Below are positions 48,463 to 59,286 of a stretch of 64,000 nucleotides of DNA, piece by piece. The notes beneath the pieces are model-generated. The model did no database searches. It was not told the origin of the DNA and was given only the letters and a program-made list of their open reading frames with translations. The stretch lies in the NCBI GenBank assembly GCA_945906815.1, contig CAMDRT010000011.1, forward strand, positions 27,091-91,090, given 5' to 3'. A program made the position numbers and the translations under genes. The number at the start of each line of letters is the position of its first letter. Within the stretch, counting starts at the first letter, position 1. Source of the stretch: Bordetella parapertussis (GTDB taxonomy: Bacteria; Pseudomonadota; Gammaproteobacteria; Burkholderiales; SG8-41).

Positions 48463-49458
48463 ATGCGCATCGTTCTCATCGGGGTATCGCACTGGCATAC
48501 CCCGTTTTATTCCACCCCGGTGTTGGCGATGACCGACGCCGCGATCGTTGGTGTCAGCGATCCTGCTGCCGCAAGCGCGGCGCCGCTGGCGGCCACGGCC
48601 AAGTGTCCGGTGTTTACGGATTATCGGGAGATGTGCGCGAAGCTCAAGCCGGACTTCGCTTTCGTGCTCGGCCGCCACTGCGACATGGCCGCTCAGGCGC
48701 GCTTTCTGATCGACAACCGCATCCCCTTCGCCATCGAAAAACCCTGCGCGGTGAATGCCGCGGAGGCGCAGGACATCGCGCGCCACGCAGCCAGCGCCGG
48801 CGTGTTCGCCGCAGTGCCGCTGGTGTTCCGCTATTGTCCTATCATCGCTACCATACGCGAGCTGGCTGCAGGAGAACAAATTCAGTATCTGTCGTTCAAA
48901 TTCGTCGGCGGCATGGTCGATCGCTACCACCAGCAAAACGTGGAATGGGTGATCGATCGCGCAACTTCAGGCGGCGGGCCGCTGCTGAATCTGGGCATCC
49001 ACTTCGTCGATTTGTGCCGGGTGCTATTGGACAACGCAGCGTTGACGGTGAGCGGTGCGATGATGTCCAACCGCGCCGCCGGCCTCACCATCGAGGATCA
49101 CGCCATCATGCTGATGCGTGGCGGCGGTGCGAGTTGCATGGTCGAAACGGGCTATCTGTATCCGGCGCCCAACTCGGTCTTCGACATGCATTACAGCATC
49201 CGCACTGAAAAACATTATTTCGCGGCGCGCGACAACGGCCTGCTGGAAATCGTCACCAATGACCGGCAACGCACCACGCGCGAGATGAAGCTGACCAATG
49301 TGTTTTTCTATCCGGAATTTGTCCACGACACCTTGCGCCGGGTACGGGAAGGCCGCCCGCCGATCGCGAACCTCGCCGACAATGCCGCCGCAGTCGCGTT
49401 GATCGAAACGGCCTACGCGATGTCGCCGCTCCCGGCAGCGCCGCTTAGCGCCCCCTAA
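48463..49458 (+). CDS. Gfo/Idh/MocA family oxidoreductase
   Basis: IEKP, SGGGPLLNLGIHFVD; SD ggagagg. Confidence 0.88.
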   Translation: MRIVLIGVSHWHTPFYSTPVLAMTDAAIVGVSDPAAASAAPLAATAKCPVFTDYREMCAKLKPDFAFVLGRHCDMAAQARFLIDNRIPFAIEKPCAVNAAEAQDIARHAASAGVFAAVPLVFRYCPIIATIRELAAGEQIQYLSFKFVGGMVDRYHQQNVEWVIDRATSGGGPLLNLGIHFVDLCRVLLDNAALTVSGAMMSNRAAGLTIEDHAIMLMRGGGASCMVETGYLYPAPNSVFDMHYSIRTEKHYFAARDNGLLEIVTNDRQRTTREMKLTNVFFYPEFVHDTLRRVREGRPPIANLADNAAAVALIETAYAMSPLPAAPLSAP

Positions 49459-50245
49459 ACACGGGTTTGCGTTTTTCCATGAAGGCGGTGCGGCCTTCGG
49501 TGTAGTCCGCGCTGGCGAAGCAATCGTCCACCACGCGCTCGCATAAGGCATGGTCGCGCTGGCTATCGTCCCTGGCAATTTCGTTGAGGCACGCCTTCAC
49601 CGCTTTCAGCGTGAGCGGCGCGTTGCCGCCAATGCTGTCGACGGTGTTGGCGACGTAGGCTTCCAGTTTGTCCGCCGCCAGCACGCGGTTGACCAGGCCC
49701 ATGTCCTTGGCTTCCTGCGCATCGAACTGGCGCGCGGTGTAAAAAATTTCCGCGGTGTGTGCCGGCCCCACAATATCGACCAGGCGTTTTAACGCGCTGT
49801 ACTTGTAGCCCACGCCGAGCTTGCCGGCGGGGATGCCAAAGCGCGCATCGTCGGAGCAGATGCGTAGATCGCAGGTGAGTGCAGTACCCAAGCCGCCGCC
49901 CATGCAAAAGCCGCGGATCATCGCAATCGTGGGTTTCGGGCATTCGAGCAATTTAGTGGCGATGGTAACGGAGACTTTGTTGTATTCGGCGACGGCTTCA
50001 GCGGTGGCACGCTTTTCCTTGAATTCGCTGATGTCCGCGCCCGACACGAACGCTTTGTCGCCCGCGCCTTTTAATACGATAACGCGGATCGCCGGATCGG
50101 CAATGAAATCGTTCAGTGCGATGTCGAGCCCCAGCCACATGTCGAGCGACATGGCGTTGCGTTTGGCGGGTTGGTTAAAGGTGATCCATCCTGCGGCGCC
50201 GTCTTTGTGCGCGAGGAGTTTTTCGGTGTGGGTGTCTATGGTCAT
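49445..50245 (-). CDS. enoyl-CoA hydratase
   Basis: AFVSGADISEF, KPTIAMI.G.CMGGG, EGR.AFMEKRKP. Confidence 0.93.
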   Translation of the reverse strand: MTIDTHTEKLLAHKDGAAGWITFNQPAKRNAMSLDMWLGLDIALNDFIADPAIRVIVLKGAGDKAFVSGADISEFKEKRATAEAVAEYNKVSVTIATKLLECPKPTIAMIRGFCMGGGLGTALTCDLRICSDDARFGIPAGKLGVGYKYSALKRLVDIVGPAHTAEIFYTARQFDAQEAKDMGLVNRVLAADKLEAYVANTVDSIGGNAPLTLKAVKACLNEIARDDSQRDHALCERVVDDCFASADYTEGRTAFMEKRKPVFRGR

Positions 50246-50263
50246 GGCTATCCTTAGGGTTTG

Positions 50264-51460
50264 CTACGGTTGGTCCGGCAACAGGGCCACGCCTTGCGCG
50301 ACCCAGGCATCGATTTGTGCAGTGCTAAAGCCCAGATCCGTCAGCACCTCATGCGTGTGTTCGCCCTTGCGTGGCGTTTGCATGCGGATCGACAGGTCAT
50401 GTTCCCCCATCTCCAGTGGCAGTCCGGGAATGTTGGCGCGTTTGCCGTTCTGAAATTGCATGTCAAGCATATGGCCGCCTTGATTCAAATGCACATCGTC
50501 AAACAGGTCAGCAGGCCTGGCCAGTGGCGCAAACGGAATATTCAAGCGTTCCAGCGCTGCGGCCAGGTCGGCATAGGTGCGCAGCTTGACGATGTGCTCA
50601 ACTACCGGCGCTAGCCGGTCGTGCTGCGCCGCGCGCTGCGGATTGGTCTTAAGCGAAGGGTCGGCGAGCAGATCGTTGAGCTGGTATTCCTTGCAGAAGG
50701 CGCGCCAGTGATTGTCGCTGGTGATGGCGATAAAAATGGTTTGTGCGTCCATCGTGGTGAAGGTTTCGTAGATGGCCCAGGAACTCAATTTCTCCGGCAT
50801 CGGCGGCGGCTCATTGCCGGTGACGACTTGTCCGGTCATGTGTTGCGCCACCATGAATGCGGTGGATTCAAACAGCGCGCTTTTAACCAGTTGCCCGCGC
50901 CCGGTGCGTTCGCGCTCACGCAGCGCTGACAGGATGCCAATGGCGCCGAACATGCCGCCCATGAGATCGACCACCGACGCGCCCGCGCGCAGCGGCCGAC
51001 CGCGCGGCCCGGTCATGTAGGCCAGTCCGCCCATGAACTGCACCACTTCATCCAGTGCGGGGCGATGCTCGTAGGGGCCGCCCAGAAAGCCCTTTAGCGC
51101 GCAGTAGATGAGCCGCGGATTGCGTTTGGACAGCTCGTCGTAACCCAGGCCGAGTTTATCCATGGTGCCGGCGGCAAAGTTTTCGATCAGCGCATCCGCG
51201 GTGGCGATAAGCTGGTGCACGATGGTTTTGCCGGAAGCTGATTTCAGATCGAGGCAGATGCTGCGCTTGTTGCGGTTGTAGAGCGGGAACATCCCCGCAC
51301 CGAAGCCGCCGTTGTGGCGGGTGCGCTCGCCTTCGGGCGGCTCCACTTTGATCACATCAGCACCCAGGTCGGCGAACACGAGCGAGCACGAGGGCCCCAT
51401 CACAGTGTGGCCCAATTCGATGATGCGCATGCCGGCGAGCGGCAGAGGTAGTGTGTTCAT
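50264..51460 (-). CDS. CaiB/BaiF family III CoA transferase
   Basis: ADLGADVIKVEP, NRNKRS, IENF, GEHT.EVL. Confidence 0.93.
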   Translation of the reverse strand: MNTLPLPLAGMRIIELGHTVMGPSCSLVFADLGADVIKVEPPEGERTRHNGGFGAGMFPLYNRNKRSICLDLKSASGKTIVHQLIATADALIENFAAGTMDKLGLGYDELSKRNPRLIYCALKGFLGGPYEHRPALDEVVQFMGGLAYMTGPRGRPLRAGASVVDLMGGMFGAIGILSALRERERTGRGQLVKSALFESTAFMVAQHMTGQVVTGNEPPPMPEKLSSWAIYETFTTMDAQTIFIAITSDNHWRAFCKEYQLNDLLADPSLKTNPQRAAQHDRLAPVVEHIVKLRTYADLAAALERLNIPFAPLARPADLFDDVHLNQGGHMLDMQFQNGKRANIPGLPLEMGEHDLSIRMQTPRKGEHTHEVLTDLGFSTAQIDAWVAQGVALLPDQP

Positions 51461-51526
51461 GATGACTGGATGTGGGGCATGGATGATCCGTGGTAAATTG
51501 AAGTCATCATTTTAACTGGAGCAACC

Positions 51527-52291
51527 ATGTTCAGTCTCAAAGGAAAAGTCGCGCTGATAACCGGTTCCACCAAAGGCATCGGCAAATCCATCGCCGAAGA
51601 AATGGCCAACGCCGGCGCGAAGGTGGTGATTTCCAGCCGCAAAGCCGACGCCTGTGATGCAGTGCGAGCGGAGTTTGCCGCGCGCGGGCAGGAAGCCCTA
51701 GCCGTGCCGTGCAATGTGGGCGACAAGGTGGCGGCGCAAAATCTGGTCGATACCGTCATCCAGCAGTGGGGCCGCATCGACATCCTGGTGTGCAATGCGG
51801 CGTCGAACCCGCATTTCGGGCCGTTGGCCACGGCATCTGATGAGATGTTTGACAAAATCATGCAGACCAACGTCAAGAGCGTGTTCTGGCTCGGCAACAT
51901 GGTGCTGCCGCAGATGGCTGAACGGGGCGAAGGCGGTGCCATGATCATCATCTCCAGCATCGGCGCGTTGCGTGGCAGTCAGGTACTGGGGCTTTATGGC
52001 ACATCCAAAGCGGCGGAAGCGGGGCTCGCCCGCGCGCTGGCGGTGGAGTGGGGGCCGCAGAATATCCGCGTCAATACCATCGCGCCGGGATTGGTCAAGA
52101 CCGATTTTGCCAAAGCGCTGTGGTCGGACGCAGCGCGGCTTCAATCTCGCGAAGCGACAACGCCGCTGCGCCGCATCGGCGCACCGAAAGACATCGGCGG
52201 CGTGGCGGTATTTCTGGCGTCGGAGGCGGGGTCTTTTGTCACCGGGCAAATGATCGTGGTGGATGGCGGGGTGACGATTGCAGGGTCTTGA
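51527..52291 (+). CDS. short-chain dehydrogenase/reductase
   Basis: TGSTKGIG, YGTSKAA, NTIAPG. Confidence 0.93.
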   Translation: MFSLKGKVALITGSTKGIGKSIAEEMANAGAKVVISSRKADACDAVRAEFAARGQEALAVPCNVGDKVAAQNLVDTVIQQWGRIDILVCNAASNPHFGPLATASDEMFDKIMQTNVKSVFWLGNMVLPQMAERGEGGAMIIISSIGALRGSQVLGLYGTSKAAEAGLARALAVEWGPQNIRVNTIAPGLVKTDFAKALWSDAARLQSREATTPLRRIGAPKDIGGVAVFLASEAGSFVTGQMIVVDGGVTIAGS

Positions 52292-52345
52292 TTCCAGGAA
52301 GCCAGTAGCGTTTTTCCCCTTTGCACCGCAGGTACACAAAACATA

Positions 52346-53560
52346 ATGGAAAAACAGCACCGTAACGTCCTCGTACTCTCCGCCTGTCAGGCCACGCTGC
52401 AAACCGGCGGCGTGACGCTGGTTGCGATCACCGGGCTGGCGGGTTTTGCGCTGGCGTCGGATAAGGCCTTTGCCACGGTGCCGCTGACGTGCTACGTGCT
52501 GGGCTCGGCGATCACCACGATACCGGCATCGATGCTGATGAAATCGATCGGCCGGCGCGCGGGCTTTCAGGTGGGCACCGGCATCGGTATGCTGGGCGCT
52601 GCGTTATGCGGGCTGGCAATTTACCTGGCGAATTTCTGGCTGTTGTGCTGCGGCATGATGGTGATGGGTTCGTATACGGCATTCGGCAAGTATTACCGTT
52701 TTGCCGCCGCCGATGTGGCTCAGCCCAGCTTTCGCGCCAAGGCGATTTCGCTGACGCTGGCGGGCGGCATCGTCGGCGGATTTGTCGCGCCGGAAATGGC
52801 CAAGCGCACCAAGGATTTATTTGCCGAGCATGTGTTTCTGGGATCCTACCTGTCGCTGATCGTGGTATGCATGATTGCCGCGCTGCTGTTGAGCCGGTTG
52901 GAAATTCCGCAGTTGTCGGAACAGGAGCGCAAGGAAGGCGGCCGCCCCTTGCGCGAGATCATGCGTCAGCCGGTGTTCATGGTGGCGGCGCTGGCGGGGG
53001 CGTTGTCGTACGGCATCATGAATTTGTTCATGACGTCCACGCCGCTGGCGATGCACGCGCATCATCATCATTTCAACGCAGCGGCGTTCGTGCTTGAGTG
53101 GCACGTGCTCGGCATGTACGGGCCGTCGTTCTTCACCGGCTCGCTGATACAAAAATTTGGCGTGTTGAAGGTGATCCTCGCCGGTATTGCGCTGTTGTTC
53201 GTGGCGGTGTTATGCGCGCTGGCCGGCACCGGCGTGGTGAATTTCTGGCTGGCGCTGTTCGTGCTTGGTGTGGGCTGGAATTTTATGTACGTGGGCGGCT
53301 CGACGCTGCTCACCGAGTGCCACACGCCCGCCGAGCGCGCGAAGACACAGGCCGCGAATGACTTCGCGGTGTTTGTCACGATGTCGATTTCGTCGATGTC
53401 GTCGGGACTGTTGCTTAACGCCAGCGGCTGGCACGCGGTGAATTACGGTACTGTGCCGTTTTTGTTGCTGGCGCTGGGCATGACCTCGTGGCTGATTTGG
53501 CTGCGGCGTAGTGGCAACTCCGGCGTGACGCCGGTGGCAGAGCCTGGCAGTCCGCGCTGA
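52346..53560 (+). CDS. MFS transporter
   Basis: 12 hydrophobic segments, YRFAAAD, WHVLGM..PS, GWNF. Confidence 0.9.
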   Translation: MEKQHRNVLVLSACQATLQTGGVTLVAITGLAGFALASDKAFATVPLTCYVLGSAITTIPASMLMKSIGRRAGFQVGTGIGMLGAALCGLAIYLANFWLLCCGMMVMGSYTAFGKYYRFAAADVAQPSFRAKAISLTLAGGIVGGFVAPEMAKRTKDLFAEHVFLGSYLSLIVVCMIAALLLSRLEIPQLSEQERKEGGRPLREIMRQPVFMVAALAGALSYGIMNLFMTSTPLAMHAHHHHFNAAAFVLEWHVLGMYGPSFFTGSLIQKFGVLKVILAGIALLFVAVLCALAGTGVVNFWLALFVLGVGWNFMYVGGSTLLTECHTPAERAKTQAANDFAVFVTMSISSMSSGLLLNASGWHAVNYGTVPFLLLALGMTSWLIWLRRSGNSGVTPVAEPGSPR

Positions 53561-53796
53561 TACTGTTTTTACGCTGGTGGGCACGGTATTTTTTGGGGCG
53601 CGCATCAGGGTGCGTCAGAGAGATAACCCTAACACTATGTTTTTAAACTGTTTTATTATTTCGTTCCATACTGCGCCGCATGTAACCGCCAGCGTGGAAC
53701 CGCGTTAATGTAGCAGTGCTTGATTACGCAGGACGACATGGGCACTCAGGTGCTGCTTCACAGCAACCTGCAACCCGCAGGAGCAAAGGAATGGTC

Positions 53797-54399
53797 ATGA
53801 GCAGAAAATGGGCAACGCTGGTGGGCGCGATTGTTTGGATGGCGGCAGGCATCGCGTTTGCGCAGATAGCGCCTGACGCGCTGGTCAAGAATACGGTAGA
53901 TGAAGTGTTGGGCGTGATCAAAAACAACAAAGACCGGCGCGCGCTCAACGAGGTGGTGGAGAAAAAAGTGTTGCCCCATTTTGATTTTCAGACGATGACG
54001 CGCCAGGCGGTGGGTAGACACTGGCGCGAGGCGTCGCTCGCGCAGCAGCGGTCGCTCGAGAATGCGTTTCGCGCATTGCTGGTGACGACTTACGCCACGG
54101 CGTTGACGCAATCGAGCACTGCGGATCAAACCGTTGAAGTACGTCCGCTGGTGGTGCGCCCTGCGGATGACGACGTCACAGTGAAAACACTGGTGAAAGA
54201 TGCCTCACGCAAGCCGCTGGCGGTGGATTACCGTCTAGCCAAGGCTGCCAACGGCTGGAAGGTTTACGACGTGGTGGTCGAGAACCTGAGTCTGGTTACC
54301 AACTATCGCGATTCATTTAACAGCGAAATCGGCAGGTCGGGTATCGATGGCCTGATCAAGGCGCTGGACGCAAAAAACCGGGTGAACGCCGCAGGTTGA
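53797..54399 (+). CDS. mlaC: MlaC/Ttg2D phospholipid-binding protein
   Basis: LPHFDF..M...VGRHW, WKVYDVVVE..SLVTNYR..F. Confidence 0.85.
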   Translation: MSRKWATLVGAIVWMAAGIAFAQIAPDALVKNTVDEVLGVIKNNKDRRALNEVVEKKVLPHFDFQTMTRQAVGRHWREASLAQQRSLENAFRALLVTTYATALTQSSTADQTVEVRPLVVRPADDDVTVKTLVKDASRKPLAVDYRLAKAANGWKVYDVVVENLSLVTNYRDSFNSEIGRSGIDGLIKALDAKNRVNAAG

Positions 54400-54468
54400 T
54401 TAACGCGTTGCCTCAATTCAGCCTCTCTATGGTGCGGGGCTGAAATTTTCAGTCCGCCGCTTGCCTAA

Positions 54469-56586
54469 TCATCCATTGCGCATGCGCGTGATGCGCGTGA
54501 CCTCGGGCACCCGCCGCAACTCGCGCATGATGCGCGCCAGGTGCATCCGGTTCACCACCTGCAGGGTAAATTGCATGCTGGCATATTTGCCGCCATCCTG
54601 CGGTTCGACGGCGACATTCTGGATATTGGATTGCGCGTCGGCGATGCTGGCAGCCACCTGCGCCAGTACGCCGCGTTGATTGGCGACGACGATGCGCACA
54701 CTCACATCGTGCAGCTTGCTGGATTCGTTGTCCCACTCCACATCGAGCACACGCTCGGGTTCGGCATGCGATTTCGCCAGCACCGGGCAATCGTGGGTGT
54801 GGATCGCCATGCCTTGACCCTTGCTGATGACACCGACGATGCGGTCCCCCGGAATGGGATGACAGCACTTGGAGAACTGCAGCGCCATGCTTTCCGCGTC
54901 GTGTATCACCACCGGCCCCAGGGCGGGATTTTCGCCCGCCACGCTCTCACGTATCGACAATAACTGGCGCGCCACCACCACGCCGTGGCGTTTGCCCAGG
55001 CCTATGTCGGAGAGAATGTTCGCGCGCGACAGGGCATTATTGTCGCGTGATAGCTTCAACCACTGTTGCTCGCCGATGACGTTCAGGCTGGACTTGAAGG
55101 CCGACAAGGCTTGATGCAACAGCCGCTCGCCCAGCTGCACCGATTCGTCGAAATGCATGGTTTTCAAAAAATGACGGATGTGCGCGCGCGCTTTCGCGGT
55201 GGCGACAAAATTAAGCCACAGCGGATTGGGCTTGGCGTGCGATGCGGTAATGATTTCCACGCGGTCGCCATTTTTGAGTGATTGCCGCAGCGGCATCAGT
55301 TCCTGGTTAATCTTGACCGCGACGCAGCGGTTGCCCACGTCGCTGTGCACGGCATAGGCGAAATCCACCGCGGTGGCGCCGCGCGGCAGCGCCATGATCT
55401 TGCCCTTGGGCGTGAACACGTAGACCGCATCCGGGAACAAATCCACCTTCAGGTGTTCAAGAAACTCCACCGGATCGCCCGGCTCGCCATGCATTTCGAG
55501 CAGGCTTTGTAGCCACTGGTGGGTTTTTTTCTGCATCTCGGTGATCGATTGATCCGAGCTTTTGTAGAGCCAGTGCGAGGCTACGCCCGCTTCGGCGATT
55601 TTGTGCATTTCCTGGGTGCGGATCTGCATCTCAATCGGGCTGCCGAAGGGGCCGAACAGATGCGTGTGCAGTGACTGGTAGCCGTTGGCCTTGGGGATGG
55701 CGATGTAATCCTTGAATTTTCCGGGTATCGGCTTATACAGCCCGTGCAGGATGCCCAGCGTGACGTAACAGTCGCGCACATTCTTGACCACGATGCGAAA
55801 GCCGAACACATCATGCACTTGCGCAAACGACAAATGTTTTTCACGCATCTTGCTGTAGATCGAATACAGATGTTTCTGGCGGCCCTGTACTTGCGCCGCG
55901 ATGCCATTATCGTGCAGGCGTTTTTCGATGCTGGCGAGCGCCTTGCCCACCACCTCGCGGCGGTTGCCGCGCGCAGCAGCCACTGCCTTGGTCAGCACGC
56001 GGCAACGGTCGGGATACAGGTGTTTGAACGACAGATCGTCCAGCTCCTGATAAATGCTGTTCAACCCCAAGCGGTTGGCGATAGGCGCGTAAATTTCTAG
56101 CGTCTCGCGCGCGATGCGACGGCGCTTATGGCCGGGCACCGCCTCGAGCGTGCGCATATTGTGCAGTCGGTCGGCGAGTTTGATCAGAATGACACGCACG
56201 TCGCGCGCCATTGCCAGCAGCATTTTGCGGAAGTTTTCCGCCTGCGCGTCTTCACGCGACTCGAATTCGACCTTGTCGAGTTTGGACACGCCATCGACCA
56301 GCTCGGCCACCGGCTTGCCGAAGTTGCGCAGCAGATCGTTTTTGGTGACGGCTGTATCTTCCATCACGTCGTGCAACAGCGCGGCCGTCAGCGCTTGTGA
56401 ATCGAGGTGCCACTTGGCCAGAATGCCGGCCACCGCCAGCGGATGCGAGATATAGGGCTCGCCGGAATTGCGAAACTGGCCCTGGTGCGCCGATTCGCTG
56501 AATTGATACGCAGCTTGCAGCTGCGAGATATCGTCCGGCTTAAGGTAGCCAGCGCATTCCTTGAACAGTGCCGCGCCGTCGGGCAT
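54469..56586 (-). CDS. spoT: bifunctional (p)ppGpp synthetase/hydrolase SpoT
   Basis: LLHDVMED, KLADRLHNMRT, YQSLHT, TGS and ACT domains; next to rpoZ. Confidence 0.95.
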   Translation of the reverse strand: MPDGAALFKECAGYLKPDDISQLQAAYQFSESAHQGQFRNSGEPYISHPLAVAGILAKWHLDSQALTAALLHDVMEDTAVTKNDLLRNFGKPVAELVDGVSKLDKVEFESREDAQAENFRKMLLAMARDVRVILIKLADRLHNMRTLEAVPGHKRRRIARETLEIYAPIANRLGLNSIYQELDDLSFKHLYPDRCRVLTKAVAAARGNRREVVGKALASIEKRLHDNGIAAQVQGRQKHLYSIYSKMREKHLSFAQVHDVFGFRIVVKNVRDCYVTLGILHGLYKPIPGKFKDYIAIPKANGYQSLHTHLFGPFGSPIEMQIRTQEMHKIAEAGVASHWLYKSSDQSITEMQKKTHQWLQSLLEMHGEPGDPVEFLEHLKVDLFPDAVYVFTPKGKIMALPRGATAVDFAYAVHSDVGNRCVAVKINQELMPLRQSLKNGDRVEIITASHAKPNPLWLNFVATAKARAHIRHFLKTMHFDESVQLGERLLHQALSAFKSSLNVIGEQQWLKLSRDNNALSRANILSDIGLGKRHGVVVARQLLSIRESVAGENPALGPVVIHDAESMALQFSKCCHPIPGDRIVGVISKGQGMAIHTHDCPVLAKSHAEPERVLDVEWDNESSKLHDVSVRIVVANQRGVLAQVAASIADAQSNIQNVAVEPQDGGKYASMQFTLQVVNRMHLARIMRELRRVPEVTRITRMRNG

Positions 56587-56610
56587 CCCGGAATTGTTGC
56601 GTCACAGTAT

Positions 56611-56817
56611 TTAAATTGCTGATTTTACTAGGATTTCTTTGCCATACTTGCCTGCCGCCATCTCGCGCAGAGCGATCACGGTGGGCTTGTCGCGATTGGC
56701 TTCCACCATCGCTTGCGAGCCGTTGGCGATCTGGCGAGCGCGAAAGGTTGCGGCCAGCGCCATCTCGAAACGGTTGGGGATGAGTCTGAGGCAGTCTTCT
56801 ACAGTGATGCGGGCCAT
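56611..56817 (-). CDS. rpoZ: RNA polymerase omega subunit
   Basis: MARITVEDC...NRF...RARQ...[10 protein letters not shown]. Confidence 0.97.
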   Translation of the reverse strand: MARITVEDCLRLIPNRFEMALAATFRARQIANGSQAMVEANRDKPTVIALREMAAGKYGKEILVKSAI

Positions 56818-56851
56818 GGATTTTCCAGTCTTCCAGTTGTAACACGAGCAA

Positions 56852-57475
56852 TTAGCGGGGGGGCGGATTCAACAATAGATCGATGGTTTCGCGATGGCGC
56901 GTGATCTGGCGTTCGCGCTTAAGCCTTTCGGCAACCACAATTGCAGCCAGTTCCCGCGCCGCACGGTCAAACGCATCGTTGATGATAACATATTCGAAAT
57001 CAATGAGATGCGAGATTTCCTCGCGCGCGTTGCGCAGGCGTTGCGCGATCACCTCTGGCGCATCGGTAGCGCGCCCCTTAAGCCGCGACTGCAGCACCTC
57101 GTACGACGGCGGTAAAATGAAAATAGCTATCGCGTCACGGTGCGTGCGCTGCACCTGAAGCGCGCCCTGCCAGTCGATTTCCAGCAGGATGTCCTGACCC
57201 TCGGCGCGGCGTTCGCTCATCCACTGCTGCGAGGTGCCGTAGTGATTGCCGTGTACCAGTGCGCTTTCCACGAATTCACCGTTCGCGCGCATGCGCTCAA
57301 ACGCCGCAACGTCGACAAAATTGTAGTCGCGCCCATGGACCTCGCCCGCGCGCGGCGCGCGCGTAGTGAACGACACTGACAGGCGCACCTGCGGATCGCT
57401 CTTTAACAGCGCCGCCACCAGGCTGGTTTTGCCAGCGCCGGAGGGTGCGCTTACGATGATGAGATTGCCGGGCAT
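56852..57475 (-). CDS. gmk: guanylate kinase
   Basis: [29 protein letters not shown]. Confidence 0.96.
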   Translation of the reverse strand: MPGNLIIVSAPSGAGKTSLVAALLKSDPQVRLSVSFTTRAPRAGEVHGRDYNFVDVAAFERMRANGEFVESALVHGNHYGTSQQWMSERRAEGQDILLEIDWQGALQVQRTHRDAIAIFILPPSYEVLQSRLKGRATDAPEVIAQRLRNAREEISHLIDFEYVIINDAFDRAARELAAIVVAERLKRERQITRHRETIDLLLNPPPR

Positions 57476-57482
57476 AGTGCCT

Positions 57483-57569
57483 TGAAGAGTGAATCGTGAA
57501 GGGTGAAGAGTGACGGCGTAGTGAGCTGAAGGGGGTACCCCTTCACTCTTCACGCTTCACCCTTCACGA
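57483..57569. repeat. inverted pair of heptamer tandem arrays (TGAANNG)n/(TTCACNN)n
   Basis: tgaagag tgaatcg tgaaggg tgaagag ... ttcactc ttcacgc ttcaccc ttcacga. Confidence 0.8.
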
Positions 57570-57577
57570 TTTACCGG

Positions 57578-58477
57578 TCACTCGATGTTCTGTATCTGCT
57601 CGCGCATTTGTTCAATCAACAATTTCAGATCCATCGACACCTGGGTGATTTCGATGTCAGCGGCTTTAGAGCCGAGCGTGTTGGCCTCGCGATTTAACTC
57701 CTGCATCAGGAAATCCAGCCGTTTGCCTGCGGCGCCCCCTTGGGCGAGGATGCGCCGCAATTCGGCCATGTGGGTTTTAAGCCGCGTGAGTTCTTCATCG
57801 ACATCGATTTTGCCGGCGTAGAGAGCCACTTCCTGGCGGATGCGTTCGTCGTCGGCATTGGCCAGCGCATCGCGCAGACGCTGATGGAGTTTTTCCTGGA
57901 ACGCGGCGATGGCTGCGGGCATTCTGGGCGCTACTTCCTGCACGCGTTTTTCAATCGAGGTAGCGTGTTCGAGGATGGCGTCTTTCAGTTTTACGCCTTC
58001 ACGCGCGCGCGCCGCCATGAATTCATCCAGCGCCGCAGCGGTTAACGTGCGGCAGGCGCGGTGCAGCGTTTCCGCCGGCAGTGTGTCCGCGCCCAGCATG
58101 CCGGGCCAGCGCAGCACATCGGCCGCGCGCAGCGTCCCGGCTTGCGGGAATACCTTGAGCACCTGCGTATTGAGCGTGGCGAGTTGCTGCAACATCGCTG
58201 TATTGAGCTCCGCGGCCGCGGCCGCGGGTGTGGTTGCCGATGCCGTGAGCGAAATGCGGCACTCGATCTTGCCGCGCGTTAATTTTGCCGCAAGCAATTC
58301 GCGCAAAGCCGGCTCCACCGCGCGCAATTCCTCCGGCAGCCTGAACTGAATGTCGAGAAAGCGGTTGTTGACCGCGCGAATTTCAACGGTCAGCGTGCCG
58401 GTAAACGCACCCTCGGCCAACGCCTGGGCCGCAACCGCATAACCGGTCATACTGCAAATCGTGGGGCAATGGTTCAT
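57578..58477 (-). CDS. yicC: YicC/YloC family endoribonuclease
   Basis: [39 protein letters not shown]. Confidence 0.94.
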   Translation of the reverse strand: MNHCPTICSMTGYAVAAQALAEGAFTGTLTVEIRAVNNRFLDIQFRLPEELRAVEPALRELLAAKLTRGKIECRISLTASATTPAAAAAELNTAMLQQLATLNTQVLKVFPQAGTLRAADVLRWPGMLGADTLPAETLHRACRTLTAAALDEFMAARAREGVKLKDAILEHATSIEKRVQEVAPRMPAAIAAFQEKLHQRLRDALANADDERIRQEVALYAGKIDVDEELTRLKTHMAELRRILAQGGAAGKRLDFLMQELNREANTLGSKAADIEITQVSMDLKLLIEQMREQIQNIE

Positions 58478-58526
58478 GAGAGGCTCACGTATAATCCGCT
58501 TTCCTTGTTTGAAGCGGGAAGATAGC

Positions 58527-59252
58527 ATGAGCACACGCCCCAGCGGAAGAAATCCCGACGCATTACGCGCGATCCGCATCACGCGGCGTTACACCTGCCA
58601 TGCCGAAGGCGCGGTGTTGATCGAAAGCGGCAACACCCAAGTGCTGTGCACTGCCAGCGTGCTTGAAAAACAGCCGCCGCATCTGCGCGGCACCAACCAA
58701 GGTTGGGTGACGGCGGAATATGGCATGCTGCCACGCTCCACGCACACGCGCATGGATCGCGAGGCGGCGCGCGGCAAGCAATCGGGCCGCACTCAGGAGA
58801 TTCAGCGCCTGATCGGCCGTTCGCTGCGCGCGGTGGTGGATTTACAAGCGCTCGGTCCGCGCGCGATCCATCTGGATTGCGATGTGTTGCAAGCCGATGG
58901 CGGCACGCGCACGGCCAGCATCACCGGCGCCTTCGTCGCGTTGCACGATGCGGTGAGTGGCTTGCTGGCGAAGCAAATCATCAGCGCGACGCCGATCCGC
59001 GATCATGTGGCGGCGGTCTCCGTGGGCATCCACGCCGGCACGCCGCTACTCGATCTGGATTACGCTGAAGATTCCACCTGCGACACCGACATGAATGTGG
59101 TGATGACCGGCAGTGGCGGTCTGATCGAAATTCAGGGCACCGCTGAAGGAGCGCCGTTTTCGCGCGCGGAAATGGATGCCATGGTGGAACTTGCGCAAAG
59201 CGGCATCCGCGCCTTGATCGCCGCGCAGCGGGCGGCGCTGGCGCAGCCATAG
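58527..59252 (+). CDS. rph: ribonuclease PH
   Basis: [31 protein letters not shown]. Confidence 0.97.
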   Translation: MSTRPSGRNPDALRAIRITRRYTCHAEGAVLIESGNTQVLCTASVLEKQPPHLRGTNQGWVTAEYGMLPRSTHTRMDREAARGKQSGRTQEIQRLIGRSLRAVVDLQALGPRAIHLDCDVLQADGGTRTASITGAFVALHDAVSGLLAKQIISATPIRDHVAAVSVGIHAGTPLLDLDYAEDSTCDTDMNVVMTGSGGLIEIQGTAEGAPFSRAEMDAMVELAQSGIRALIAAQRAALAQP

Positions 59253-59286
59253 AAATTCATAACACATTGTTTTAAAACAAATTGTT

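Noticed and set aside
47164-48936. 590-aa ORF as a Bug fusion protein
   Set aside because: The N-terminal 267 aa is antisense to the Gfo/Idh/MocA gene plus intergenic DNA; the Bug signal peptide and SD begin at 48132
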